From NCBI GenBank assembly GCA_038087875.1, contig CM075989.1, positions 10,356,001 through 10,420,000 of the forward strand: a DNA stretch of 64,000 nt. Direction: 5' to 3'. Under the pieces are notes generated by a model. It had not been told where the DNA came from and made no database searches. It worked only from the letters and a program-made list of their open reading frames with translations. Below are positions 38,930 through 52,002 of this stretch, piece after piece (within the stretch, counting starts at the first letter, position 1; each line of letters begins with the position of its first letter). This stretch comes from Malacoraja senta (taxonomy: Eukaryota). Position numbers and translations under genes: made by a program.

Positions 38930-39295
38930 AAGGTCAAGTACCTCAAGAGGCAGTAGTGCGACTAGTCACTCTCTCCTCTTCCTATGCAATTGCAGAAGAA
39001 ACACCAGCACCACCTGGACTTCCACATCCTCCCATCCCTGTGTACTGTGCTCCAATCACCATTTCCAGCTGAAGCAGAAAATTAATTGCACTTCTTCCAA
39101 TTCAACCCCAACAATTGGATGACCACTCTGTGGAACACTTCTCTTCTGTCCACAAGTAAGATCCTGTGTTTTTAGTTGCTTTCACCTTAATTCTTCATCC
39201 CATTTCCACTTTTCAATGAATACAAACACTGTATTTTCCAACTGGGCACATCACAGCCTTCCAGACAAATTGTGTTCATCAGTTTCAGATAAACA
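38930..39295 (+). mobile_element. Highly degenerate Penelope fragment
   Basis: Remnants of the GIY-YIG region (atgcaattgcagaag, gcacttcttccaatt, gaacacttc, ttaattcttcatcccatt). Confidence 0.45.
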
Positions 39296-39434
39296 GCATT
39301 TTTATTTCAGATTTATAGAATTCAGGTTTTTTTTCTGACGATTTTGGACAATTAAAATTTACTGCACCAATCTATAATTCCTCTGGAATCATTTTCTGTA
39401 CTCTCACATCTTATTACCAGCTCTCTTTCATTTG

Positions 39435-40565
39435 TTGATTTTAGCTCTGCATTCAACACCATTGTGCCAGAGCTACTACACTCCAAACTTTCCAAGTTGA
39501 CTGTGCCTGAACCCCTCTGTCAGTGGTTCACCAGCTTCCTGACAGACAGGAAGCAGCATGTGAGGCTGGGAAAGCACATCTCGGATCCGCAGACCCTCAG
39601 CATAGGAGCACCGCAAGGCTGCGTACTCTCCCCTCTCCTCTACTCTCTCTACACCAATGACTGCACCTCCACTGACTCACTCCTCTGTCAAGCTTCTCAA
39701 GTTTGCAGACGACACAACCCTGATTGGACTGATCCAGGATGGGGAGGAATCTGCCTACAGACAGGAAGTGACACAGCTGGCGTCCTGGTGCCATCACAAC
39801 AACCTGGAGCTCAATGCTTTTAAGACAGTGGAATTGATTGCAGATTTTAGAAGAGCTCCCCCTCCCACCATCAACAACACCACAGTCACATCTGTGGAGT
39901 CTTTTAAGTTCCTGGGAACCATCATCTCCAAGGACCTTAAATGGGGGGCCACCATCGACTCCACAGTCATAAAGGCACAACAGAGGATGTACTTCCTGCA
40001 GCAGCTGAGGAAGCACAATCTGCCACAGGCAATGATGGTCCAATGCTATATGGCCATTGTAGAGTCTGTCCTCACCTTCTCCATCATGGTCTGGTTTGGC
40101 TCAGCCACCAAGCACGACATCCGGAGGCTGCAGCGAATCGTCCGATCAGTTGAGAAGGTTATTGGCTGCAACCTTCCCTCCATTGACGAACTGTACACTG
40201 CAAGGGCCAGGAAGCGAGCGGGTAAGATCATCTCTGACCCCTCTCATCCTGGTCACAAACTCTTTGAATCACTTCCCTCTGGAAGGCAACTCTGGACTGT
40301 CAAAGCTGCCACAGCCAGACATAAAAACAGCTTTTTTTCCACGAGTAGTAGCTCTACTCAAGAACCAAAAATCTGTAGCCTCCTTTTGCTCTGGTATTTT
40401 ATTTAATTCACATGTTTAATCGATAATGTTTCATTATTAATGTTTTACGTGTCATTCATAACTGTCACTGTATGTCATGTTGTCACTTGCGGGTGGAGCA
40501 CCAAGCCAAATTCATTTTATGTGAATATACTTGGCCAATAAACTTATTCATTCATTCTTTCATTC
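39435..40565 (+). mobile_element. Rex1/Babar-type LINE, 5'-truncated (RT C-terminal half, frameshifted)
   Basis: GAPQGCVLSPLLYSLYTNDC, then a frameshift to KLLKFADDTTLIGLI...KFLGTIIS...KAQQRMYFL...DPSHPGH; tail aataaacttattcattcattc. Confidence 0.9.
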
Positions 40566-41619
40566 ATTATCACCTCTTAAATTCCACAGTCTTGCTCCCA
40601 TCTTAGATTTTCTCTTAAGAGCTGATTGTCTCTCATTTTTTGCAGTTCTGATGAAAAGTCCTCGACTTGAAATGTTAACTGTTTTTTCCTCTCCACAAAT
40701 GGTTCCTGACCTGATTACCATTTTGTTTCAGATTAAGGCAACTGTCATGTTTTGCTTTTGTTTAAAACATGACTTGTGATCTCCCCTTCAATCACATTTT
40801 CAGTCATTTCCTTCACTCCTCTATATTCGATTTACAGTCATTTTACCTTTGTGAAGCACATGTGAATATTTGCAACACTTGCCTTGTTGTTCCCCAATAT
40901 CCCTAATGCCCCCTTTATGTTCTCCCCAATATTGTTGGTCCTTTATCGGGGCTTTCATGAAAGTTTAAATACTTTTATTTTGTTGTTCGCTCATCCATGT
41001 CCTATATCCATTCTGAAAGTGAATCTATCACATTCAAAACTGGCCGCATCATTTCCAGTTAAGCATTCAAAATATTGATTGTGGCCACCTGATGTAATCT
41101 ATGTCATTCACACTCAACAAAAGTAATTGTGGTGATATACTGCTTTACCACATCAAAGCTATTTGAACAAGGGATTGCAGATTCCCCTCCAAGATTTTTA
41201 ACCTAATTTGGAAAGATATTGCTGGTCCTTTATCGGGGATGGTTATAAATCCTGGAACTCAGTACCCAATAACATTATGGGTGCAGCTTCATTAGAAGGA
41301 CGGCAGTGGTTCAATGGTGAAGCTCACCACCATCTTCTTAAAGGCAAATAATGGACAATAAACATTCTCTTTATTGGTGATACTCAAATCCAAAAAATGA
41401 ATTAAAAAAAAACTACTTTGGTATTATGGTTCTTAAGGTGGTGGCAGTGCCAATTCTGGCTATTAAATCAGTAATAGCCCACCAAAGACCATGATCTGTT
41501 CTTATTCTTGGTCTGACACATTGAGAGAAGTATCCTTGCTGTGCATATGGATAATTTGCACTGGCACTGCATTCCTGAGATTGCAGTGTTTGCCATAGCA
41601 GTGTGATAGGCATCTAGTT

Positions 41620-42060
41620 CTGGTTGCCATACTTTAGGAAGAATGTTAAGGTCATTTAGAGGTTGTTACCAGAATTGTTCCAGGGATGAGGTTAGATTGA
41701 AGAAGCTGGGATAACTGCCCTTGGAGTGAAGGAGGTTGTGGGGGGTGTTTGTCAGAAGTGCACAAGATCATGGTAAATTTAAGTGATTTAGGCATGGAAA
41801 AACTGCTAGCATTGGCTGATGGCATTATGAGGAGTTGATGTAAGTTTCTGGGCAAGAGGTCAGGTGAACTCAGGGAAGAATTTATGCAGTGAGTATAATG
41901 AATCGCAACATGTAGTCCACGAGTGTGGAAATTCCAATAATCAATGATTTTGAAATGAATTAAGATTGGCATGTGGGAAATAAATATGCAGGGGTACAAG
42001 TGTTGAGCAGGGGAAAGGGACTGATTGTATTGCTCCACAGATAGCTTTCATGGACCATAG
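41620..42060 (+). mobile_element. Old CR1-type LINE fragment
   Basis: ttctggttgccatactttaggaagaatgttaagg...accagaattgttccagggatgagg. Confidence 0.55.
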
Positions 42061-42904
42061 AAATGCAATGATTATCAGTTATAGGCTCTGAAGGTTCTAC
42101 ATTTTGTGATATTCTTGGTTTCACATGCTTCTGCTCAGACCTTCCATTCAAACTCTGGTGGAGGAATGGAAGGTGCAAACTTATGCAAGTAATTCACCAT
42201 GAAACCAAAATCAATAGTGATATTCTAAGAGACATGTCCTTGCAGTTGGATTTCGAAGGTAGAAGGTTGTAAGTTCAACTTCAACTCCAAGGCTTTAGCT
42301 TAAAAATCCAACTGGCACTTCATTGTTGTATTTAAGAAGTACTGTTAGAGAAATTGGATTCTGGATTATACTTTATACTGAGGTTACATGTTGAAGATAT
42401 CAGGGCACTATTCTGAAGGAGATTTCTCTCTGGTGTCCTGCTCGATCAACATCACCTAAACAGTAATTTGGCCATTATAAGAATGTTGCTGCTGGGAATT
42501 TGCCATTTAAATATTGCCTGTTATGTTTCTTTCACAGGAAGTTATTAAATTGCAAAGTAATGCAATACATGCAAAATACTTTAATGCTTCTGATGGGTAT
42601 AGGACCTATGCAAATTATTAATGGAATCTCTGCTAGTGATGTCTCCATCCTGTGAGTAAATAAAATATACATATAATACCTTTGTAATAAAATTAAAAAA
42701 AAAATTTTTTTGCGATGGCTGACAACTGCAGATACAAGACTGGGCTACAATTAACTCTGGTTGAAAAACAGAATATGCTGGAATTACATTGATGGTTAGG
42801 CAGCATGTGTGGAAAGAGGAAGTTATTGATTCAAATTGATGTCTTGAAAAATGGTCTGAAGAAGCGAAATTAACCACGTTTCTCTTTCTGCACATACTGC
42901 CTCA

Positions 42905-43121
42905 AGGGCCTGTCCCACTTAGGCGACTCTTTAGGCGACTGCCAGGGACGTGTTTTAATGGAATTCATCTACGATACCTGGCGACAACCTACGACAGCAC
43001 CTACGACAACCTACGACAGCAAAAATTGTCGCTACTGTCGGCGAAAAATTGTCAACATGTTGAAAATTTTGCGTCTGTTGCCTGTAGTCGCCCAAAAAAT
43101 CGTCTAAGTGGGGCAGGCCCT
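42905..43121. mobile_element. PIF/Harbinger-type MITE
   Basis: TIRs agggcctgtcccacttaggcga / tcgtctaagtggggcaggccct. Confidence 0.8.
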
Positions 43122-43125
43122 TTAA

Positions 43126-44268
43126 TGGGCCTACTTACGCAATTTAAAAAAAAAAAAAATTATTTAAAAAAAAGATTTTTTTATTAGAAGTATTGTACAT
43201 TGCAGTGATATCAAGCAAAAATAAAATTATACATTTCTTGTACCACTTCTTATTTTAAACTTTAAAAAGAAGATAGAAAGTTAGCAAAGATAGTGAGTGA
43301 GTGAAAGAGTGGTCCAGAGGAACCCGTAGGGACATACACCACAAGTGAGAGTTAAACAGAAAAACCAAAGAAAAAGAAAAACAAATAGAGAACAGAAAGT
43401 AAGATAAGATAAGATAAAAGGGATGTACCTACTTCGTATCTTTACACATCCCTCACCAGTTCCTGAAACCATTTATTTTCAACGTTTTGTTGCACCCTAT
43501 GCTTGTAATAAGTCGATAAATGGAGGCCAAATCTTTTGGAAATGGTCTGATTTGCCTGCGACTTTTTAGGTGACTACAGGAGACTATGAGGTCGCCACAT
43601 GTTCGCCGGACGTTGCCGGGGTGTCGCCTGCATGGTGGTGAGTAGTTCCTGCATTCTCGTAACTGGTCGCGGCTTCATTTGACATGTTGAAAAATTAGCG
43701 GCGACCAGAATTTTGACACCATGGTGAGTAACGAGAATTCTCGTGACGTAGGTGCAGTGGTAGTGGGTTGCCAGGAGGTCGTAGGTTGTCATAGGTTGTT
43801 GCCGGTGCTGACCGGTGAATTTCATTGTCTCATTGGGGAAAATAAAATGTAAACAGTAGTTTTCAGAACCAAGGAAACCGACCGGTAATGCTAATGGCCG
43901 CCGAGCTTCGCAGTCGTGTACCCCTGGTTTCTTAACAGTTGTCACCACTACTTCTCCCCACCCCGTCTCCCCCCTCTCCGCCCCTCTTTTAAAGGACTTA
44001 AGTGACCCTTCCTGTACACTGTGCTTTCACTGTCTTAATTATAGCGCCAACCATTGTGGTGTCTGTATAACATTGGCTTTGCACTATGTGAATTACACTC
44101 AGACAGCGCTCCCCCCCCGCTTGCCCTGTCCCCCGCCTGCATAACTGGCTGGTGAAGGAAGCGATGTGTGTGTGTTCCACTCTGAAAGTCGCCGTTCCAG
44201 TCGCCGATTTTTCAGCGACCTGCTACAACTTGACAGTCGCCTGAAAAATCGCCTGTGGGACAGGCCCA
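43126..44268. mobile_element. PIF/Harbinger non-autonomous element containing an L1 3' fragment
   Basis: Ends tgggcct(...)acttacgcaattt and aaaatcgcctgtgggacaggccca; TAA on both flanks; same family as 48988-49709 in opposite orientation. Confidence 0.75.
43160..43556 (-). mobile_element. L1-clade 3' end nested in the Harbinger element
   Basis: Poly-T plus TTATTAGAAG on the plus strand; minus strand encodes ...KSDHFQKIWPPFIDLLQA*, like the L1 C-terminus near 37700. Confidence 0.7.
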
Positions 44269-46179
44269 TAACTCTGTAACCCTGTACTTATTTTTTTTAT
44301 ATCAGTAAAACATCGTCTCTCACCCAGTCTTGTTGAAGAATTTAATTCTTTAGGGCAGTTAGCCAGTAAAGTTTAAGTGAGTTAGGCATTGAAAAGCTGC
44401 TCGCATTGGCATTATGAGGAGTTGATGCAGATATAAATTTCTGGGCAAAAGGTCAGGTGGATGCATGGAAGAATTTATGCAGCCAGTGTAATGAATTGCA
44501 ACGTGTGGTCCACAAGTGTGGTGGAAATGACCATAACTTCAGCAGATTGACTGCCAAAGTGTAACTATTTCTGTCCCACCTACCTTTTCAATAATTGGTT
44601 TATAGTACCTGCTGCCCAATACACATTGGTCCAGGTCTTCCTCCACCTGTGTCTCCATTTGTTTTTTGGTCCTGATAATACAATTAAGAAATTAAACTGA
44701 GTAATTCCATGAACCAGGATTATGTTTATCATTGTTATATTCATCATTGTTGTATCTACCATTAGCATGTGTACTCCATTTGCTTAATGCGAATAAGGGA
44801 TTTTGTTGCACATTGGTAAATATGACAATACACTAATCTGAATCTGCATTTAAAGGGGCAGGATTGTTTTCATTATTTTTACTTTGGATTTCTAATACTT
44901 AAAAATAGCTATCCATTTAATTGGGGTGATGTTGCCATAGTTAAATTACTACAGTAGTAATCTAAGGCCAGTAATCTTGAGATTTGTCTCCAAATCCTAC
45001 CACACCAGCTGTGAAATTTAAGATCAGTTCATTATCTCAAATTTAAAAAGTCATTTGACATAATGACCTCAATAACTTTTGGATTACATATTTAACCAAT
45101 CTGGTTCACTAATCCTCAGCAGGGTAAGAAATCTATCATTCTGAATAGAACTGTGCTTACCTACATGTAACACTCAACCCAAAGTGTAGATGAGATTTAA
45201 ATGCCTTATAGATAAAATGAAATAGGCATATGTGTATACTGCCTGTCCACCACGAATTGACTGCAAAAAGTAAGAGCACATGCTCCTCAGAATAACAGGG
45301 TCTGAGAGCTGAGATGAGGAGAACATTCTTCACTCTGGGGGCTGCAAGTCTTTGAAATTTGCTGCCCCAGAAGACTATGGGCGCTTAGTTATTTAAAGCT
45401 GAGTTCAATGAATTTATGGACAGTGAGGAAATTAAGGAAGATGTGGATCAGATGTGAAACACTGTGAGGTGGAAGATCAGCCATGACCTCACTGAATGGC
45501 AAAACAAGTTTAAGGAGCCAAGTGGGTCATGCCTGCCCATGTTTCCTATGTCCTTAATAATAAAATTTAATAATCTGTTGTTGATCTTGGTGTTATGCAT
45601 TGCACTATTTTATTTAGTCAGAACATATGGGCTATGGAATTGATATGTCAGGCTTGGATCCACGCCTGCCTCGAAAAATGAAATTGTGAGTTCATGTCCC
45701 AATCCAGAGGCTTTAACATTGAGAGTAAGCTACTGCTCAAAAGGGCAAGTGAGTGGGTACTGCATGACTTTGAGTCCTGAAAAGTGCTATATAAATAAAA
45801 TCTATTATTATTATTATTACTCTGGATGTTTCCTATTGATGAAGTTACATGCAGATCTCTGGTCCTTCATCTCAAAAGGATTTAACATCTATTACTTGAC
45901 GAGCAACTGTTTTGCTGCTGTCCTGGCCAACCTTTGTCACTCAAGCACTGTTATTTCCCTTGATGGTGTCTGTGGGATCTTATTGTGCACATATATGATA
46001 GCTTAATTGGCCATGAAATACTTTGGGATGTTCTGAGTTGGAAAAGTTTTATTCAATTTTGAGAAGCAGCTTTGGGGAATTAAAGTAAGCCTGGTTGGTC
46101 TATATCATTTTTTGTGGGATGACTGTAATGGAATGGTGATGCCCATGCACCTTTCCATCGGAAGTGATTGGTAGAATCC

Positions 46180-47150
46180 CATTCACATTTGGGATCCGGC
46201 TGTCACTGGCAGGGTCAACATTTACTGACCATCCCTAAATGCCTTCCACAGGTGATTGGGTGCCACCTTGTTGAACTGTTATGTTCCTGCTGGTAAATGT
46301 ACTCCCAAAATATTGCTGGGGAAGATGTCCTCCAGGATTTAAAGCCAGAGATGTTGAAGGACTGTTTGCAAATCAGAATAGTTTAACTTCTGTTCATTCA
46401 GTAGATGGCACATACTGCAGGCACTGTGAATTTATGCTGCAAGGAATGTGATTAAGGTGGCCAATGGGATGACAGTCAAGAGATGTTGGTCATGGATTGC
46501 TACTTTTTTTTAGAGCTTTTAGAGATGCAGTCAACCAAGCAATCAGACAGTATTCCATCAAATCCCTGACCAGTGCCTTGCAATGGTAGAAATAAATGTG
46601 GGTATCAGGAAGTGAGCCATATATGATACTCATTCTCTGATCTACTCTTATTGCTGCAATATTTATGTGGCTGGTTCAGTTGAGTTTCTGGTGAGCGTTG
46701 AATTCCAGAATACTGAAAGTGCAGGACTTTGTGATGGTAATGCCACAGAACATGTTCAATTACACAAGTTAGAAGTATTTGCCCCTTGAGCCTGCTATGC
46801 CTTTCAATAAGATTGTGGCTGATCTGATCTTGCAGATATCACCGTTAGATTGTTGTCTCTTTTGTTGGAAATGGTCATTGCCTGGCATATTTGCAGTGTG
46901 AATATTACATGCCATTTTCCAGCCAATGCCTGAATGTTGTCTGGGTCCTGCTGCATGCATGCTTGGACTGCCTCATTTGCCTGTAAGTTACAAAAAATAT
47001 TGAATATTGTGTAATCATCACTGAACACCCTGAAGAACTCCTGTAGTTTGTCCTGTCACTGGGGTGGGATACTGGTCTGGCAACCACATCTATCTTTCTT
47101 TGTGCCAGGTATGATTCCAATCATTTACTCAGTATTCCAGGGCCCCTTGA
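46180..47150 (-). mobile_element. Ancient degenerate LINE fragment (clade uncertain)
   Basis: Motifs shared with 36600-37140 (ccccaggatg / ttccagaatactg, ggtcattgcctggca); no intact ORF. Confidence 0.4.
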
Positions 47151-47503
47151 TGGCACTCAATCAAATGCATCTTTTATTTCACTTCCACTTCTCTGAAATC
47201 AGCACAAAAACTGCACACAGCAAACTCCCACTAACACAAGGTTGACCAGATAACATGTGCCTGTGATGTTAGGATGAGATACAAATATTGGCCTTGGAAA
47301 ACCTAAATTAAACTCTCCTGCTACCGTTAAGAATGATGCCATGCAATTTATATTATCTGGAAAGTCAGCTGGGGCTTTTGTTCAATGCTTCATTCATATA
47401 TCGTTTAATGATATTGCCCGCGTGTCAATCTGGATTATGTGATCATGTCTCCAAAGTCATGCAATCAGTAGCCACATTCCTTGATCCCAGGAGTCTCACT
47501 GAG

Positions 47504-47973
47504 ACTGATGTGCCATACATCCAAACAATATCGCCTTCTGGCAAGGCCATGATCGGCTACAGGTTTGGGCCATCATATCCATAACGCTCATCTCCGTCAC
47601 TTAACCCCCGATCTCCCAGACCAGGCATATCCTTTTTTTGTTTATTTGTTTTATTGCTCCATCTCCAGCTCCATCTCCATCTCCAGCTCCATCTCCATCT
47701 CCATCTCTAGCTCCATCTCCAGCTCTAGCTCATCTTTTTTTTGTTTAATTGTTTTCTAGCTACATCTTCAGCTCCAGCTCCATCTTATCTTTTTTTGTTT
47801 ATTTGTTTTACAGCTCCAGCTACAGCTCCATCTCCAGCTCCAGTGAAGGAAACACTAATCCCTGTTCATATGTTGCTTCCTGTTCTCAACCTTTAATAAA
47901 CTGTTGGAGCCTTAAGATAGTCTTAGTCATCTCCGTCACGCAGCAGTCCCGAACTTGATCATCTCCATCACGT
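47504..47973 (+). mobile_element. Solo-LTR-like insertion with (CTCCAT/CTCCAG)n low-complexity core
   Basis: TGATG...CATCA inverted ends, AATAAA near 47895, tgag on both flanks; it interrupts a SINE tail. Confidence 0.4.
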
Positions 47974-48987
47974 TGAGTCATATCTGTCACATGAGTATTT
48001 TATGCTCATAATGTGTAAAATAATACAACAATTACCATAATTATCAATTCTAATTGATAAATGAATAGTATGATTCTGCCTATTCTTCTGGTTAATATTG
48101 TTTTAGAGGAAGTTGGTGAAAGGTTATGTGACGGTTACTATTCTTACTGAAAATCACCACTTTTTTTGGCAGTAAATTGTTACAATGCGTTAGACTGAAA
48201 AAGTACTTTTCTGGTGGTTTATTTGAGCAAGATTATAATTTGAAAGACTGGACAAAAACATGATTTTATATTCTTAAATCAGTTATATTTTACAGTGTTG
48301 TTCATCATAAAAATGCGACAGATATGACTGAATGCAATGGCCAACCTGGAAAAAGAGGAAAAAATAAATTAAATTCTCCAAAAGATTGCGGCAAACATAT
48401 TTTTCCCAAAGTAGAGATGTTCATCTGTGTAAAATAACATTCAAAATTGTAAAAATTTAAGTTTTATAATCGGTTTTCCAGAAACTTAAAAGTAGACACT
48501 TACTGAAGAATCACCCATTTCTGCCCTTTGGTTTCTTTTATGCAAACCTGTAGGGAAACATTTCCCTTCTTCAGGTGGTGTCTATCATGAACACAAACAT
48601 TTAAAAACAAAATTCAGATGTGTTACTCTGTTACCTCATTTTCTACTTCAGTATCCTTAGCAAGAATACTGAAGGCGGGCAATTTGATTTGTTGAAAAGC
48701 ATTTTGTTTCTGCTGAGAAACCTGTTGTTGGACACAATTCACAGAAACATAGGACATCTGACACATCTTGGCAGGGTGAATGTGGAGAGAATGTTTCTTC
48801 TTGTGCGAAAATTTAGAACTTAAGGGTCACTGATTAGAAATTAGGTTTCGCCCATTTAGACAATGTTGAAACAATGTTTTCTCTCACATGTAATGAGGAA
48901 TTGAAACTCTTTTATTCAAAGAGCGGTGAAAGTCTTCCCATCCTAATACATTTAAATATTTTTAAGGGAGGGTTGAGAGTATTGTAA

Positions 48988-49709
48988 TGGGTCTGTCCCA
49001 CTTAGGCGATTTTTCTAAGTGACTGCGGGCGACTGTCAAGTTGCCGGCAGTCGCCTGAAAAAACGGCAACTGGAACAGCGACTGTCAGAGTGGAACACAC
49101 ACACACATCGCTTCCTTTACCAGCCCGTTATGCAGGCAGGGGACAGGGCAAGCGGGGTGAGCGCTGTCTCAATGAAATTCACACGGTGCAAAGCCAAGGT
49201 GATACAGATGCACACCGCGAAGAACAGGAAGGTTGGCACTGTAATTAAGACGGCTGAGCACAGTGTACGATAAATACTTTAAAAGAGGGGGGGAGGGGGT
49301 AGAAGGAGTGGAGACAACTTTAAGAAGCCAGAGATACATGGCTGTGAAGCTCGGCGGACATTTAACATTACCGGTCGGTTATCCTTGGTTCTGAAATCTA
49401 CTGCTTACGTTTTTTTCTCCCAATGTGCCAATGAAATTCACCGGCTACAACCTACGAGAACCTTCGACCTGGCAACCCACTAGGACCTCCTGGCGACCCA
49501 CCTACGGCACGTGAATTCTCGCTACTCTCCATGGCGGCTTCATTCTAGTCGCCGCTAATTTTTCAACATGTTGAAAAATTCGTGCCGACCATAATGAGGC
49601 CGCGACTAGTTCCCAGAATGCGGGAACTCCTCACGACCATGAAGGCGACTCCCTGGCAACCACCCGCAAACATGTGACGACTGCAGTCGCCTAAGAGTGA
49701 CAGGTCCCA
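48988..49709. mobile_element. PIF/Harbinger non-autonomous element
   Basis: TIRs tgggtctgtcccacttaggcga / tcgcctaagagtgacaggtccca; inverted homolog of 43556-44268. Confidence 0.8.
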
Positions 49710-51221
49710 TTCGTTTCTTAATTGCTTGGCCTCCGTCCGTAGGCACCACGACATGTATCATTCAGTATTTCTTTTCATCTCATCATCAACATTTGCTTTC
49801 TTCTTGCACCTTTCCTCAAATTAAAATATGTTTGATTTTTACATTTTTCTCTTGCTGATGAACTTAAAATTAACTCTGTTTTTCACCCCCTCTCCATAGA
49901 TGCTACGTGTTTTTGTAGCATTTTGTTTTATGTTATTTGTGGAGTTCATTGCATAATCAGGATTTCCTGATTTCAGCATTCAGGCAACCAATCAAATCTG
50001 GCAATTATTATCCAGATTTTACTGGTCAAAGTTACCAAAAGGTCTGTTCCTTTTCTAAGTAATATCAGTTGTGGGTTAATATTTTTTGGATAGGGGTAAA
50101 ATTACAGGATCTTTACATGTGCCTTAAAATAACAGAAAGAGTACAATTTTAAGGTTTATCTGAAGGAAATCGTGCCCATAGAAATGTTTGTAAAACAATA
50201 CTTGCTCAGCTCCAGCTAAGATTATGTGTTTCAGCCCCTTTACAGCATTCAAAGACACAATGACCTCTGAGATGGAAATGAGGGAGATTAACATTTCAAC
50301 CAAACTGATTGTTACAATGTAGTAAATAGTTAAATTTCAAACTCTAAATAAGCAAGATGAAGTAATTTATTGGAAGTTAAGTCTTGTTCCTTTTATTGGC
50401 TGAATCTGCAAAGACTCCTTTAAACTCCCTCTGTGTAGCTGCATATTAAACTGTCAGCTTGCTTTACAGACAGATATATATGGGGCTCCACAGCACAACC
50501 TGGTTTACATTTCCAGATCGACTTTTTGCTGATAATGGTCTTACTGTCACACCTAAAGGTCCTAGCCTAAACCCAGGTTATCTGACCCAGCTAGTAAAAC
50601 TTGAGTAAGTATGTTAGTGCCTACAGTTCCCACTTCAGGAGTCTTAACAAAATCCCCTGTCTCTCAAGTTCCCTTGAGTTTCAAATTCTGGTATTTGGAA
50701 CTTTTCCTGAGGTACGTATGGACCAGGAAAGTGCCGTGCACTACATGTTTTATTTGCCAGAAAAAAACAAAAGATTCCGAGTTGTGATAAGACTGGAAGT
50801 GTTCCTATATTTCTGTGTCGATTGCTCGCTGCTTGGGCGAGGTGATGTCGAGGAGACATTCGGCAGAGTGATGGAGGGGAGGGCGTGCTAAATACATAAA
50901 AAACACTTACTGGCTGCAGCACTTTTAACATCACCACAATCCCTGAACACAACTGAGGAAGGGAAGCAGGCCCTTCTGAAGGACGGGGTTCAGAACGAAA
51001 GCCATTTGTCGTGGTCTAGCGCTGTCCCAGAGGCCGCTCCAGACCCACACTTCATCCATCTCGGTGGCATTCGTAGTCTTTGGGGCTGAGGGAGGGAGGG
51101 AGGGAGGGAGGGAGCGCTGTCCTGCCGAGCGAGCATCGGTTGCGCTGTCTTCCTCGGTTCGTGAAGGACGAGGACGGTAGGGACGAGGCCTCCGTTAATG
51201 TCCGACCGTGAACAGGACGGC

Positions 51222-51452
51222 AAGGAGGTGGCGCAGCGGTAGAGTTGCTGCCTTACAGCGTTAGCGACCCGGGTTCGATCCCGACTACGGGTGCTGTCTG
51301 TACGGAGTTTGTACGTTCTCCCCGCGACCCGCGTGGGTTTTCTCCCAGATCTTCGGCACATTCCAAAGACCCACAGGTTTGTAGGTTAATTGGGCTTTGG
51401 TAAAATGGGAAATTGCTGGTCGGCGCGGACTCGGTGGGCTGAAGGGACCGTT
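51222..51452 (+). mobile_element. V-SINE (HE1-like), CpG-rich copy
   Basis: GTGGCGCAGCGG...GGTTCGATCC...V domain; aggacggc on both sides (51214-51221, 51453-51460). Confidence 0.85.
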
Positions 51453-52002
51453 AGGACGGCGGGTGCGCACGTGGTGCTTCCCTTGGCGCGCGCTGGCCTT
51501 TGCTGGCCACTTCCCTCCACACCTCACGGTGCGAACACAGTCCTTCCACGGGAAGAGAAGGCCCATATGACCGACGTTATCAGGGATTCTTTGTTTTGAA
51601 GCTTTCATCCGCCTCGGGCTTGGTCCAACACCCCCAGAGCTGGCTGCATTGTCTGCTGGCGGTATTGGGCCATGCAGAAGTGTTTAGGTCCCGACGTGTT
51701 TACAAAGGTAAGACCATAAAAAAAAAACCCAGAGGAACTTGACCTGCCTCTGCCAATCCGTGAGATTTGTAACCAATATTTTCATTCAGACCCATTATCT
51801 TGCACACAAAGTTCTCAATTCCCCACCCATTAATTCCAGAGATACCATTTTGGTTTTAGAAATGTATTCTCCTTTCTGTCCTGAGTGGGTGACTTTACTT
51901 TGAAAATATAACAATAAAATACATTGTGCTGAAGAACTCAGTTCATCAGGCAGTTTCTACAGAGGAAAATAAACAGACAATGTTGTGGATCGGAACCATT
52001 AA

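Noticed and set aside
39657..40406. 249-aa ORF as a host gene
   Set aside because: Truncated, frameshifted LINE reverse transcriptase.
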